Positions 1 through 14,208 of a stretch of DNA of 64,000 bases are shown piece by piece (the first letter of the stretch is position 1; each line of letters opens with the position of its first letter). The DNA is taken from NCBI GenBank assembly GCA_050575255.1, contig JBNZDD010013695.1, forward strand, positions 5,526,683 to 5,590,682, written 5' to 3'. The notes below the pieces were generated by a model. It saw only the letters and a program-made list of their open reading frames with translations. It searched no databases and was not told where the DNA came from. A program made the position numbers and the translations under genes. The DNA comes from Harriotta raleighana (Eukaryota).

Positions 1-429
1 ATGCTTATCCCAGATGACTGAAATGCCAAATATAATTAAAAGACAAAATACTGCAGGTGCTGGAAACCTGAAACAAAAACAGCGATTCCCAATGATTTCT
101 GTATTTGTGCCAAATATAATTGCTGTTTGTCACCACTTTATGGTGGAAGGTTTGATGGAGGTACCCTTGTATATAAGATTTGAAACTATTTTCATTGCCT
201 GAGAAGATTTTGGAATAGAATTGAGCTGCTTCCCCTTTCATTCGGGTTGAAATATAACTTTACATTGAATTTATAGTTGTGCAAAATATTTTTATATTAT
301 ACATTGGTTCAGGTTCTCACAAGTACATTAGATATGTCTACCTAAATGCCTGATTCTGATGCTTGAAAAACAAGTTTGGTTGATGAAGGCCCTTCAACAC
401 TTCTGTTCACAATTGTGTGATCTAGGCTA

Positions 430-675
430 ATGAAACGCCGTCCAGCATGGAGGGCTCTATATAAATTGAAGTTGTTGTTGTTGGTTTAGTTTGAAATCAC
501 TGCTGGTTTACAGCTTTTATCTCAATTACAACTGGGTTAAATTTGAACTCTGTTGGCTGTGAATCTTGCACCTCAAAACGTGTTGATTTTCTGAGTGGGT
601 GAGACCAAGTCTGTATTAAGCGCTCTGAGACGCCCTGGAGGGCGCTATATAAATCGAAGTTGTTGTTGTTGTAAT
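430..675 (+). mobile_element. Two short L2-type 3' tails ending in (TTG)n
   Basis: ggagggc(g/t)ctatataaat..aagttgttgttgttg occurs twice. The same tail appears near 8230-8290, 8935-9000(-), 34590-34650(-) and 39355-39415. Confidence 0.6.
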
Positions 676-2374
676 AATAATACAGTAATAATAAAAATCC
701 CTCATTTAGTTTAGCCCCTTAGCATGTCTTTGAGATGTCTCAATGTGCTTCAGAGAGTAAATTGACTATAAATTTTGTGGGTGGAAACTGTATGCTTTCA
801 GCTGGCAAGAAAAATCCACGTCCTCCCCAATAAGACCGAACAATAGTACAATAATATGTCTAATTTAAATGTGTTATTGTACAGATTTGAATGAGCCACG
901 TATACACATATATATATACATTTCAGTTCAGTTTCAATTTAGCATTAAAGCTGTGTTACAGCTTACTGGTATAGTGCGAACCCCATCACACATTATTAAA
1001 GATTCCCATCCTAAATGTATGAAGCATACTGATCTCAATCTGAACAATTAGATTTCTTCACCGGCTTACAAAGGCTTCAATAAAAATTGTTGTAAAGTTC
1101 TTCTTACACCAAGATTGTTCAATATTACAACAACAACAAAGTTACATTTCACATGGGAAGGCGTCAGGAGAGCCTTTCACTGTCATATTAGAATGACACT
1201 GACCTTCTGAGACACAAATCAATCTGAGCCTGAAACAAATTTAACAATCCTTTGTCATTTGAACTGCAAGGATTCAAACTAAATCATATTTTGAAGCCAT
1301 TAATTCCACTGTGTCTTAATTTGGAAATCCATAGAATTACAGTACATAGCACAGAATTCACACCATCATTCCTGTGCCGTCGTAAAATTTAAGGTTGTAC
1401 AGAATTGTGAAAAATTCTTAAATTTGGACTTAATTTGGTTTTATTGAGAATTACAGAATTACAGAAGACAGCCTCCAAATTTATTTGGGAGACGAAAGAC
1501 ACCCCAAAGCATGGTCAATGAGATTTCTACTGAAAAGGATCCCAAGTGAGGATAATCTGCAGTTCTTGGGATCTGTTGCACATACCCAATTGGTGGCTGC
1601 AAGTATTTAACAAATTATTTTACTAAATTTGGGTTTGCACTGCCCAATTTTTTTCTATTACAGCTACAAAATTACATCTGTGTAGTGTCTGTCATGTCAG
1701 GAGGATGTCTACTTTTACAATTAAGGTGTTAATTCCAAACATTCATCTCCAGCCCATAAGAAGTATCTCAAAGTGGGATTTAATGGAAACTAATGGCTGC
1801 AGCCACAAAAGACCTATACAAAGAGGGCAATCATTGGATTTAAAAAGGTACGAGTTCTAGCCTGGCTACAAGAAACAGTTCAGCGGTATTGCACGTTTTA
1901 TTCAATACAAGTCGTCAGTTTCATATCAATGTCGGCTCGCAACCAGAAATAGCCAAGAATGCCAGAAGCTTAAGTTCACCAAGAGTTCAGGATACAATCC
2001 GAGAAGCGCACACTGGCTCTGAGTGTGCACAGCCACCGGTATGGGGTAGGTTCCAGAGTAGTGCATTTGTGTTCTCCACTTTATCAAACTGTCTGTCAGC
2101 AAATCCTTAATCAACCTGGCTCCCAATTCACTGGGATTTTACACTAAAATCAGGTTATTAAAGGGACGCCCGACTTTCTGAAAACCTATTATTTTTGCCT
2201 GATGCTTCCTCTTGAGTCAGAAGGTTGTAGCTCAAACCTCACGACTGAACGTTAAGAGGACACAACGCTGAGAGACTTTGAGGAAGGCAAAGGAGTCTCT
2301 TACCAACCACGTCCTTAGCCCACGTCCTAACTACTAACCATCAGCTCCTGCCACTGCAGATAGTGACCTGCGCT

Positions 2375-2850
2375 TGGGGGATAGATTGGGAGAGAGGGGC
2401 AGAGAAAGGAGAGAGAGAAAGGGCAGGGGGGAGGGGGCACTTGCGAGAGAGGTGGGGGAGGAAGAGAGACGAGGGAGAGAGAGAGAGGGGAGAGAGGGAG
2501 GAGGGAGAAGGGGGGGAGAGAGGAGTTATGAGAGAGGAGGGAGGGGGAAAGAAAATGACGGGGGAGAGGAATGGGGAATGAGGGGGGAGACAGATGGGAG
2601 AGAGAGTGTGAGAGAGAGGAGGGAGAAAGAGAGAAGAAAGAGCTAAGGGAGGGAGGAGGGACGAGGAAGCTGAGGAGGGAGAGAGAGAGCTCAGTACAGG
2701 GGGAAGAGGGTGGGAGAAAAAGAGAGGGAAATGGAGATGAAGAGGGGGAAAGAGAAGGGGAGCGGAGGAGCTAAAAAGGCAAAGCTGGGGACTCTCTCTC
2801 CTCCTCCCCTCCCCTAGCACTCTCTCTCCTCTCATACATACTCTCTTTCT
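2375..2850. repeat. Polypurine (GA/GGA) low-complexity tract followed by a short polypyrimidine tract
   Basis: About 400 nt almost entirely G/A on +, then CT-rich at 2790-2850. Confidence 0.9.
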
Positions 2851-4630
2851 CAATTACCCCTACTTCTATTGGGAAAGAGAAGGGAGTTGATACATATGTC
2901 CTCGCCAACACTCCCCCCAATAAAAAATTGGTCACTCGTGTTTTCATGGCTGTTTATGGGGCATTATTGTGTGCAATTTACAGTCTGTGGGACATTGTTG
3001 GGACGTTCTCCCGACGTGAAAGGCGCTCTGCAAATGTAACGTTGTTGTTGTAATTGGCTGCTATGCTTGACTATAGAAACAGTTAACTATATTTTACAGT
3101 AAATCCTGTGAAGTGCTTTGAGACTTCCTTCCAACATGCTACACAAGGAATATTATTCTCATTATTCCACAGGTTTTTGGCACTCTTGCTGTGAGCTCCA
3201 TCAAAACAACAACAACAAAATTCCACTTATAGAGCACCTTTCATGTCGGGAGGATGCCCTGACAGGGGATTTGAACTCACAATCTTCTGACTCAGAGGCG
3301 AAAGTGTTATTGACGGACACGCAGTTTCCCCGAATTCTGAAAGGAAAGTCCATGAGTTGTTTTTTTTAAAAAAAAGAACTGCAGAAAGTTGGCTTTCAAT
3401 TTATCACTGAATTTTCCAAAAATCTGCACAATATACTTTTATGACAAGGTCCTTAGGGCTACATTTGGGAGGGATGTTAAGTTTCAGGGCTCCACTTGGT
3501 TGTGCACTCTGTCTTTGGCATGTCATTAATAATAATAATTCTAATAATAATCCTTGCAACCTCATCACATTGTTGCGAGGTCTCAAAGTGCTTCACAGAA
3601 AAATTGTAAAGTTGATTGACTGTTTATTTTCTGGGCGAAATACGTCATCCAATTGCACATAGCAGGGTCCCACAAACAGTCGGAAATTAAATGACCAAAT
3701 TTCTCTTTTCTAAGTGATTAATACCCCCAGAAAGCAATCTGTCTAATAGGAACAACAGGGTTCCTAATTGCTGCCAGTGAAACAGACATGTGTGGAGCAA
3801 GAAAACTTGTCTCTTCTCTCTGAAATAAGATGGTCTGGAGTAATCCCAGCTACACTCATTTCCAGACAGCGATACTTAAATGGATTTGAATCAAGACTTC
3901 CTGAGTTAATGGAGCAGTGAGTGGTTGAGATTTTTCTTGCAGCGTGTCACATCAGTTTGCAGAGATAGACAGCTTCCACTCTAAATGCTTGCCAGTCATC
4001 AGACATTCCTGCCCAGAGAACGCATGCCATTTGTTATCTGAGTGATGAGTTAAGAGCAAATTTAGAAACGGGGAGAATGTGCAGTTATTCTTTTAGTAGG
4101 TGTAACATGAATCTCTACCATTCACATTGATGTGCTGCGTTTTAGCACATAGTTACATAACTGAACTTTGCAGCAAGTATGTGTGGATGTGTTTCAGAAT
4201 CTGTAACGTTCAGGATACTGTTAAAACAGAAGAATCGATTGGAGAGAAATCCAAGCCTTTCTAAATACGGGGAAGGTGCATAAAATAGCAATATTTGCAT
4301 TTGGTATAGAGCCTTAACACGTTGTCAAAATATCGCAATGCGCTTCATAGGTGTAGTGACTCTACCCACCCTATGTCCTCCCAGTGCAGCTTTAAGCAAT
4401 AAACTTTACAGCAGCAACAACCACAAAATTACCAAGGCACTTTAAAGACAAAAGATAGTATCGTGGACTCAACCACCCTCTCTGGTAACCTGTTCCAATC
4501 ATTTATATGTAAATAGGGCTCTACGCCTGAACTTTTGGCCAGTTCATTGCAAGAAAAAGTAATGTTATTGTTTAAACAGAATGCATTTCATTTCTAACTT
4601 GTGTTGGTTTACAGCACACAGCTGCTCAGG

Positions 4631-4860
4631 AATAAAAACCGAAGTTGCTGGGTCACTCAGCAGGTCAGGCAGCATCTATGGGGAGAGCAAAGTGTGTTAA
4701 CATTTTAGATTGATGACCTTCTGTCAGAAGGATTAGTACACCCAGAAAGTGATCCACATTGAAACGTTAACTCACTTTACTCTCCATCGATGCTGCCAGA
4801 CCTGCTGAGTATTTCCAGGGCTTTTGTTTTTATTTTAGATTTGCAGAAGTATTTTGCCTT
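4631..4860. mobile_element. Penelope-like element terminal fragments in inverted orientation
   Basis: ~75-nt imperfect inverted arms (actcagcaggtcaggcagcatc...gttaac / gttaac...gatgctgccagacctgctgagt). Resembles the abundant chondrichthyan PLE-end repeat (from recall). A related fragment lies at ~38-85. Confidence 0.6.
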
Positions 4861-5149
4861 ATGAGCCGTTTAATAGAATTTAAATAGAAATCTCTGAACC
4901 ATCATTCCAATGTCATCGCTTGAGTTGAAACTGAGTGCAAAACCAAATTTAGTAAAGTAGATACTTCATCAATTAAACTCATAATCTCGCATTATTGTTG
5001 CCTGGGGGTCCACTAATTTACTGCAACTTCCCTGCAAAGGAAATTTTAAAATCTCCTTCTGCATTTTCTTCTTAAATTATTTTTCGGACTTGTTGATTTC
5101 ATGTAGTTGTAGATCAACAAGGATTTGCAAATCTCAAATTTATAAATAA

Positions 5150-5465
5150 TCTCAAACTCGCCTAGCAGCAAGAGAACCTGGGTTGGATTCCCAGACAGGG
5201 AGAAACCTTAGGCAAGTTTCCTTACTCCACATGCCTCTGTAGTAGTAAATAGGAACATGGTTATTAGTCCATTGATGAATTGCTTTTCCAGAGATAATAA
5301 ACCCATCAAATTTTTTTACAAATTGGTCACTCAATTCACGACTGTTGGCAGCCATGTTTTTCCCACAAAATATAGTCAATTCACTTTACAGTATATTCTG
5401 TGATGCATTTTGAGACATCTTGAAGATTTCATAAGGTGCTATATCAAGTGCAAGGATTAGTATTT
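5150..5465 (+). mobile_element. tRNA/CORE-like/Deu-tail SINE (long form), 5' truncated
   Basis: Shares ggcaagtttccttactccac, the agtaaataggaac insert and the tail hairpin with other copies in the window. Confidence 0.8.
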
Positions 5466-8400
5466 TATATGATGTACTGCTTTGTCAACTGTAGGTTATT
5501 AAAAAATGAGCGGTGCATTATACAAGAAACTTCAATAAACTACATAACACTACTACTTAGGGTGAATCAAGACTATAGAACAAGAGTACAATGAGTTGCA
5601 AAGATAATACTGCACAGATACCAAGAAATTTACTGGATGGACCGAACAGTTTTCTGCGACCAACCCAATCTTGTTATCGTGTGAGACTATACGATTAATG
5701 TCACTTATATGAGGTTGATCAGGGAGACAATTTTTCTGGCTGTAGCTGTGCTATCAATGGTTAATAGTAAAGCATGAAAAACAAGTGTGTTTCTTGAGAA
5801 AGTGGGTCTGACTGGGTGGGACTGCTGTGCATGCTGCGGTGATAAAGTGATGATCTGTGACTACTCACAAAGGAAGTTAGTCTGGACAATCTTACTCCAT
5901 TTCACAGTGAACACAAAGTGCACAGACCAGAATAGCTACTGATTTGAATGCAATGTAAATGGCAATGCAAAACAAACATAGTTCCTATTGTCATTTGTGC
6001 AACTGGGACCATTAATAAAACCATTCAAATGTGGGTTTGACAAAATACCTGGTGAACAAAATGTCAACCTCCTGCAAATACAGTAGTAGCAATTTTAGGA
6101 AACTCAAATATGTTAAGAAAAGTAACATCCATTCATATGTAATGTAGTAATGCTATTGGTCTGGTTGGCCATCACAAAAAAAACATTTAGAAATGACCTC
6201 CACAGAGTGAATTAAACTGTAATAACATTAATTATAATAATAGTAATAATAATCTAATCAAAACTTTGACCTTTCACATTGGGCGGTCATTTCAAAGGGC
6301 TGCACATGATTTATTGCTAAGTGGATGGAATTTTTACACAGTTAATTACGTACAATCCTGCACATTCAATATTGAAAGTCAGGAGAAGTATATTGAAAAT
6401 GAAAAACAGGAGGGATGAGCAGACCGATATAGATAAAAGACAGTAAAATTGTAAAAGACAAAACTGTTTCATAATATAAATAAAGTGAATAAAAATTCAG
6501 GAGGCAGAGGATTTTTGAAACTGTTTTCCTTCCACCTTCCATTATAGAGCAGGGAAAGATATGTAAGCATTCATAGGTTATTTAACTCATGACTGGAGTT
6601 TGTTCCAAGAATAGCTATCAGGCTATGGTAATTCTCAGTTTGAAAAGGGGATGTGTTTTTCATTCAGAAATCTCAGTGAGAGGCAAATTAACAGACTACA
6701 CGATATCGCAAGATGTAAGAAATTAGAGAGAAAATTGGAGAAATAAGAAATTATAAGCAGAGGTGGAAAATTAAAGACAAGTATGTTATAATAATCCATG
6801 AATGTAACTTTGTTGTTGTTATATTTGATATGGCACATTAACACATCATCCAAAATCTGGGTCTTAAATGTAATTATTATTAGCTCAAAATCACAGAATG
6901 GGGCTTGAAGCCACAACCTTTTGACTCAGAAATGGGAGCACTAATACCTCGAAGTGTATCGAAAGAGCAGATGGAAGGAAGGTTTCAGGGAGGGAGGGAG
7001 GGAGGAAATGTAGGAAATCAGTCAAAAAATGTAGAGCAGATATTACCTGTGATGGCAACAACAAAGAGCTGAATAACAACATCAACAAAATTACATTTGT
7101 AAAGTGCCTTTCACATCTGAAGCACATCCCAAAGCAACTGGAACAGAATAAAGCATGAATGCCAATAGAGCATCACTGATTCATTTCTTTTTTTATTGGG
7201 AGTGAGATGGACAGTGACGCATTGGAGAGGCTAGAGGGAAAAGATAATAGCATAATCAAGGAGACTCTCGATCTGAATCATTCAGAATTATTTGCAAATG
7301 GGCAAAGCCAGATTCTGCGAGCCAGATTCTGAAGAAGTGCGCACAGGGGGTTAATCTGGTGGATAAAGGAATGGAGAGAAATGATTGGCCTTAGTTCTGC
7401 TAATGATCTTACTACTCAGACAACCATAGCAATATTTTTTTTAGGGAGTCCATTGAACTTCAATATCAGGGCACATTTCTATAGTAATATTACTCTGATT
7501 CCATTAAAATCAGGGTCTTATTGTCCAGCATTGATTGTAGCAAGATGTGTTGCATTGTTTTGTGATCTGCTGTTTGCAAACCAAATATCAGGATAACACG
7601 TGGGAAGTGTTCCAATGTGTAAATAACTATACAAATTGGCATAAAATGAGTGTTCCAACAATGATTCAGTGCACTGCTTACTTTTCCATGGATAGCGTAA
7701 GCCTTATACAGTAAAGTGATGATCACCCATGCAGTTAAATCATGCTGATGGGAATTTTTTCTCTGTAGATAATTTGTGTTGTCTAATATGGCTCATATTT
7801 CATTGCTATTGACCCTGAGCCATTCTGTGTTGTGTCATTTGTGACAGCACAGTACATTTAATTTCTCCTGTCCTGAGGAATTGAATATTATTCAAACTGG
7901 CTTGGGAATTCAAGGCTAGCGCCACAAATAATGTTAAAAGTGATCAACCCATGTGGTCCACAAGGTGGAGAGGTTGTGATACGCTCCAACTTTCCTATTT
8001 CCACAAAACCCATATACATTTAAGAAGGTCATTGATCAGAGATTTAAAAGATTGCGGAGATTAATTATAAATGGTCTCCGGGAGTCATAATATCTCCACA
8101 GGAGCTCTGTGTAAGATCAAAGTGTTACACAGAAGTGTTGTATCAACAGTGGAGATTATTAACAAGACGGTCAATGTAAAGTTTCCAGCACTCATTTAGA
8201 AGACATAAGGAGAGTTTGGAAACTTAAGTACTCTGAGACATGGCCACATGCAAAGGGCGCTATATAAATGCAAGTTGTGGTTGTTGTTCTTGAGGCATCT
8301 CAGAGGGGATGTTATAGAGGTGTACAAGCTTTTAAATAGGATTGAGAATGTAAACCCAGACCATTACGTTGGGCTGCACGGAGATGGCAGAACAGGAGAC

Positions 8401-9049
8401 TTTAGGATTAGAGTTGCAATGGGGCAATTTTGGAATAGGTAATCGGAAATATTCCATTCATTTCATGGCTGTTTGTGGGATATTGCTGTGCGCAAACCCT
8501 CTGCGGCAGTCGTTTACAAAAATACGCAGTCAAATTGTGGAATGAATCACAAGAAGCTTCAGTATTAATATATTCAGCTACTCAGTCTCTAATCTGCTTT
8601 TTCTCCATTCAAGCTATTCGCTCCAGCAACTGCTTCATTTAAATGTTTATAATTCGCCCCCTAAAGATCTGAGTTGGGTCTGCTTCTTCATGATCTGTGA
8701 ATGTGTCATTAATTTATGCATTATCAAGGAAGGGTTATGATTAAGCTGCTCACTGCAGCAATTACTATCAACTGAACTGTGATCTGCAAACAAATGAGAT
8801 ATTACTTGTATACAATATTACTTTAAAGCCCATCTGATGCGGCTATCCAATCAGCTATATTTTCTGAAACATTTTTCTCCTGTCAGAACAGAATGAAACA
8901 AGTAATCTCAGATAGACCAATCCTACTTTTGTTGCAACAACAACTTGCACTTATATTGCACCCTCCTCGCCAGGCTGCGTCTCAGAGCGCTTAGCAGTGG
9001 CGGAGCCTGATTTTGAGCCGGAAGTCAGTTTTGGCCTGTGCAAGTTGGT

Positions 9050-9860
9050 GTAGAAGTACTCAAGTCATAGCTGGTGATGCATCACAAGACCAGATTTCTG
9101 CCTCTGTATTCAGCATCCAGGTTTGTGATTTGTGTGATTGGAGATGAGTTTTGTACCTGGGGAGTGGGTGGGTTAGGAAACAACCTTGAACTTCAGTGGA
9201 GTCAGAGAATTGAGGGTGGAGAGAGGGTCATTCAGCAGCTTCATGGATCACTGTGGGCAGAGGGCCAGAGAGAGAGGAGGTCCAAGGAAAACATTTATGA
9301 GGGATGCAGGAGCAAGCTTTTACCAGGGACAAAAAATAGTGGAGCTTGGAAGAGAGGTGGGGTATGTGGGAGGAGAGGGAGATAAGGAAGTTGTCCGAGA
9401 TGGTCTTGTTCATGATAGACAGTTCGGAAATGTCAAGGCCATGTGTAATGATGAGGTCGAGGGAATGGCCACAGTGGTGGGTCATCATTGATGTGTAGGA
9501 TGATGTTTAGGGAGGAGAGGAGGGATGTGAAATTCAAGTAGGTGGTGCAAGGGGAGTTTGGATGGAGGTTGAAATCACCTCATCATTGAAATTATGAGCA
9601 GGTGGTTCAATGCAGAGAGATGGGAATGAGAGGAGTGAGGAGGTGTCATTGAGGAAAGACCCAGGAGTTTGGTGGGGGGCGCGTGGGCAGTAAAGTAGGA
9701 GGATTTTGAGGGAGAGAGAGGAAGGATGGTAGAGGTTAAAGTGTTCAAAGGAGGAGAAACAGCCAGAGGAATGTGAGGATAGACCAAGGAAATCTTAGGA
9801 GATGAGGGCCACACGCTACTATGTCAGTTGGGTTGGGGAGTGTGGTGAAATGTGCATGAG
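9050..9860 (-). mobile_element. L2-type LINE endonuclease-region fragment (decayed)
   Basis: Translation THHCGHSLDLIITHG...ISDNFLI matches the APE C-terminal motifs; an F-N motif lies upstream. Confidence 0.75.
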
Positions 9861-9899
9861 GAGGGAAGGCTAATGTGCTGTAATAGCATAGCGTGTAAT

Positions 9900-10030
9900 A
9901 AATGGATTAAGGGATATGGGGATAAGGCGGCTGGTTAGAGTTGGAACAGATCAGCCACGATCTTATTGAATGGTGGGGCAGGCTTGAGGGGCCAAATGGT
10001 CTACTCCTGCTCCTAATTCTTATGTTCTTA
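9900..10030 (+). mobile_element. CR1-type 3' end
   Basis: gatcagccacgatcttattgaatggtggggcaggcttgaggggccaaatggtctactcctgctcctaattcttatgttcttat, a typical shark CR1/HE1 tail. Confidence 0.75.
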
Positions 10031-10032
10031 TA

Positions 10033-10392
10033 GTGGAGGTTAGTGTATGTTGTAGTTAAAGTGCTCGCCTCAACAAATGAGAGCATCCGGGTTTGATTTC
10101 CACTGGGTAAAACTTTAGGCAAGTTTCCTTACGCCACACAACTTTGTTTAACTAGCGGTAAGTAGGAAGCCAGTTAGTTGTCAATTGGCGGATCACATTC
10201 ACGCTAAAAAAAACTAAATTTGATTCCTCAACCCACGACTGTTTGTGGAAAACTGCTGTGTCCAATTGGCAGCCACATTACACCCACAAAATACACAGTA
10301 AGTCCACTTTGCAGTATATTCTGCAAAGCGCTTTGAGACATCTTAACAATGTAATAAGCTCTACATCAAATGTAAGGATTATTATTATTATT
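10033..10392 (+). mobile_element. tRNA-headed SINE (long form)
   Basis: Degenerate A/B boxes, CORE-like block, Deu-type 3' part and (TTA)n tail. Confidence 0.8.
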
Positions 10393-10907
10393 TTATTCAG
10401 TTGTCCCATCTTGACCACCAATCCCCAAAATAAAATTGGTCATTCATTCCATGGATGTTTGTGTGTTTCCTTGGGATATTTCCAGGTAGAATTCTTTGGA
10501 GTTCCTTCCCTCAATCCCTCTGCCTTGCCCCCTCCCTAGACTCCTTCAAGTCCCACCTCAAGATCCAACACCTTGGGACATCCTCCCGACATAAAAGGCA
10601 CTGTACAAATGTAATTTTGTTGTTGTTGTAATAATACAAATAGATTAACTTATTCTTAAAACTGAGACCAAAGATATAATAAGAAATTGATATTGATTCG
10701 ACTGGAAAGCACGCTGACCCTCTATCATAACTCCAACTATTTAAAAGTTCCATCTTTTATGTGGTTCTGACTCCATCACCCCCCTGTCACAGAGATAGCC
10801 CTCATCCTTCGCAGGCTTCTTTTCAGAGAGATATGGGCAATTTCTCAGAAGTCTGCCACAGCCTACTTGTTTCTCCACCTTTTTAGCTTTCTAAATATTA
10901 CTGTATA

Positions 10908-11222
10908 TTAATAATTCTTGCATTTGATATAGCTCTTCTCACGTCTTCTAGATGTCTCAAAGTGCTTCACAGAATATACTGTGAAGTGAATTGACTGTAT
11001 ATTTGTGGGTGAAATTCGGGAGCCAATTGTGCACAGAGGTGTCCCACAAACACTTGTAGATTGAAATCACCAACTTTATCATTATTTGTTTTTTTGGAGG
11101 GATTATTATTAGGATTGTGAAGTAAAGAAACCTTGCTCAAGGTTTCACCCTGACCTCCCTGGATTGGAACACAGATCTTACGCTTGCAAGGCAAGTGCTC
11201 TAACTACTGAGCTATAGGACTC
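10908..11222 (-). mobile_element. tRNA-headed SINE (short form)
   Basis: Reverse complement of gagtcctatagctcagt...ttagagcacttgcc through to the tail. Confidence 0.85.
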
Positions 11223-12509
11223 GGATAAACTGACTCAGGGGTTTTTCTTTGTAGCAGTTGGGGTGAAGAGATGATTTGATATGGATACGTCAATTAATGT
11301 AATATAAGTAGGTGTCTGAGGCTGTAGCATTTACTATCTTATGTCCACTGAGCTTACATCTGAGTTTAAAGACCTGTTTATTCATTATCTGACCGGAAGG
11401 AACATCTTCCCTGGAAAATATGAAATGCGATGAGCAGCTGACCTCAACAGCAAAGCTACCTTTCACCCCTGCTAATCTAGTCATTCTATCAAACAAACCT
11501 TATTAAAGGTTTATGGCTGGGTTACATTCAAAATGTATAAAGACGTTTAAGTCTTTATACTGTATAAAGATTAAGTAAAAACATTAAATATCACAAAATA
11601 ATCTTACAGTTCTATCCAATTTTAAGGCTGTGCCCTTTTCATAATGGATCACAATCTAACTACAGCCAGTCATTAATTGACAAATCCATATCAAATCATC
11701 TCTTAACTCCTACTGCCACAAAGAAAAAACCCTGAGTCTGTTTATCCAACATCTCACAGCTAAACGCCTTCAGCTCAAATATTCATCTAGTGAATGGGCG
11801 CTGGATATCATCCAAGATAATCTAATCTTCCTCATGATTAAATTTCCCAAACTGAGCACAATAACAGGAACATATAGTTTTCTTAGAAAGTAAAGGCTAG
11901 AAAAGTCTATCTGGCAAATGGAGCGAGATCTGCAGTGTGGTCATTGTCACACAATGTAACATACATGTCGAGAGCCTGCTGAGCTTATCATCATCCTCTT
12001 CCTTTATTGTCGCAAGGCAATTGAGAACAGAGTGATCCTTTCAATAAGAGATCAGATAGAAGCTTTCTTTGATTTAATATATTCCACAGGCTTTATTTCG
12101 GCCCTTTTCCAAAAGATGTCACACACAGATCTCATTACTTAAAGTCCAAAGACTTGCACATGTAAAATAATGTAAAATTGAACCTCTATTTTTTATATAT
12201 GATATTTCTCTCTTAAATGCAACCCCCATTCATAAACCCAAGCCCATGTCCAATTGGTATTGCAATTGATAACCTACTTAACAAGTTAATGACAAATGAC
12301 GACTTTGTTCCCTCAATTGGCTGAGCTTTTTCTCCTGTCTCCCTTGTGCCCTATTAGATCGAAATGACTATATGCACAAAGGAAGAGATTGTGATTAACA
12401 CAAGGAGATTGTTTATCCCCCAAAACTCAGACTCTCTCTCAGCTCTGTGAAGCTCTTTGAGACAAAGTCCCAATGTGAAAGTCATTGTATATTTCTAAAT
12501 TGTTGTACT

Positions 12510-13065
12510 GTATTGTGATTCAATCCTGGGTGAGAGCTAATTTTCTTCAGCTGAACATCAATATGACCAAGGGCTCCTGTCAGCGCCTCCACACCTCAGG
12601 TGCTGACAAGATCACCATCCAACAATACACTCACTAAGCCAATTAGGAACTTGGTATCTTGTTTGACCCTCGACCATCCTTTCTAGTCCATGATCCATGA
12701 TCCGTTCTGCCCTAACCCTACCTCCGTAACATCATCATCCTCTTCAGCTATTCTGCCAATGTATCACAAACCGCAGGCCGCCGAAACCCTCATAACATGC
12801 ATTCATAACATCCAGCCTGGATTATGCAAACTCTCTGCTTGTCAGCCTCCTCAACTCCTCCTTCCATAGGCTGCAGTGGGCTCCAGTCTGCTTCATGTCC
12901 CCCATCTCGCCCTTGGTGGGCGAGCTTTCAGCCATTCTGCCCCACCCGCTGGAACTCCAGCCTGCAGTCCCTCCAACTTGCCTCATCCCTCATCTTCTTC
13001 AAGACCCAACTCAAAATCCTTCTCTTTGACCGTGCCTTTGATCATCCTTCATCCCCATCCTTCAA
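12510..13065 (+). mobile_element. L2 LINE 3' fragment
   Basis: Homologous to the L2 copy at 13270-14205; ends in FKTQLKILLF. Confidence 0.75.
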
Positions 13066-13269
13066 ATGTTCTCCTGAGGGTACTAAGGCAGAAGATTAAA
13101 GCAGGTGATTTAAACCAAATAACAATTGGAGTGATAAGGGAGTGAGTGGGAGACATTCTCAAAGGCTCCCAACATCGCAGCTTGGTCATAATTCTCAGTG
13201 ATGTGTAAGCACCGAAGATGCCCAAAAACAGAAAGGATGATGTCCTGCCTGCCTGTTTTGAGATTAGTG

Positions 13270-14208
13270 TTAAAAGATCTCATGATCTTACTAACCTCTC
13301 TGCTTCCACCCTCAACTCCAGGACTACCAGGATCCTGCCTGTCCGATATCGAGTCGTGGACGAGGGATAACTTTTTCCAGTTCAACGTCAGCCAGTCTGA
13401 GGCCCACCTGATTGGCTCACGACAGTTCCTCCATACCTCAGGCCCTGGCAGCATCAGCATTCATGGCTGCACACTCCATCTCATGAAGCCAGTCAGGAAC
13501 CTGGGTGTCTTGTTTGACTCTGAACTGTCCTTTCTCCCCCACATCCACACCATGACCAGCACTGCCTTCTACCCCTCCATAACATTGCCAGACACTGGCA
13601 CTGCCTCACCCCTCAGGCTGCCAAAACCCTCACCCATGCATTCGTCNAGACACCGGCACTGCCTCACCCCTCAGGCTGCCAAAACCCTCACCCATGCATT
13701 CGTCACATCAGGCTTGCCTATGGAAACTCCCTCCTCGTTTCCTTCAGCTCTTTCTTTCACAAGCTGCAGATGATCCAAACCTCTGCAACTCGTGTCCTCT
13801 CCTGCACCAGGCTCCGCAACCCCATCAATCCCACTCTCACCCAGCTCCGTTGACTCCCCATCCCCTAGAGGATTGGACTAAAGATTCTCCTCTTCACCTT
13901 CAAGGCCATCCACGGCCTTGCCACTTCCATTCTCTCCAATCTGCTAACTCCCTACCAACCTGCCCGCCCCCTCCATTCAGCGGGTTCTGGTCTGCTCCAT
14001 GTCTCCTGCCTGACCCATCCTATTGGTGGCCAGGCTTTTAGCCTCTCCCCTCCCACACTCTGAAACTCCATTCCATAGTCCCTTCGCCTCGCTTCCTCCC
14101 CTTATCCTGCTCCTCCCCTGAGCTTGGGTCCCGACCCCTGACTGATCAGCGCCTTACGATGTCCTCCTGATGTGAAGGGCGCTCTATAAATGCAATTTTG
14201 TTGTTGGT
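13270..14208 (+). mobile_element. L2 LINE 3' portion (RT C-terminus, 3' hairpin, TTG tail)
   Basis: CLSDIESWTRDNFFQFN...VRNLGVLFDSELSFLPHI...AAKTLTHAFVTS; frameshifted. Confidence 0.9.

Noticed and set aside
2341-2853. Long ORFs in simple repeats (also 25713-26453, 42313-42760, 47208-47950)
   Set aside because: Low-complexity sequence lacking stop codons.
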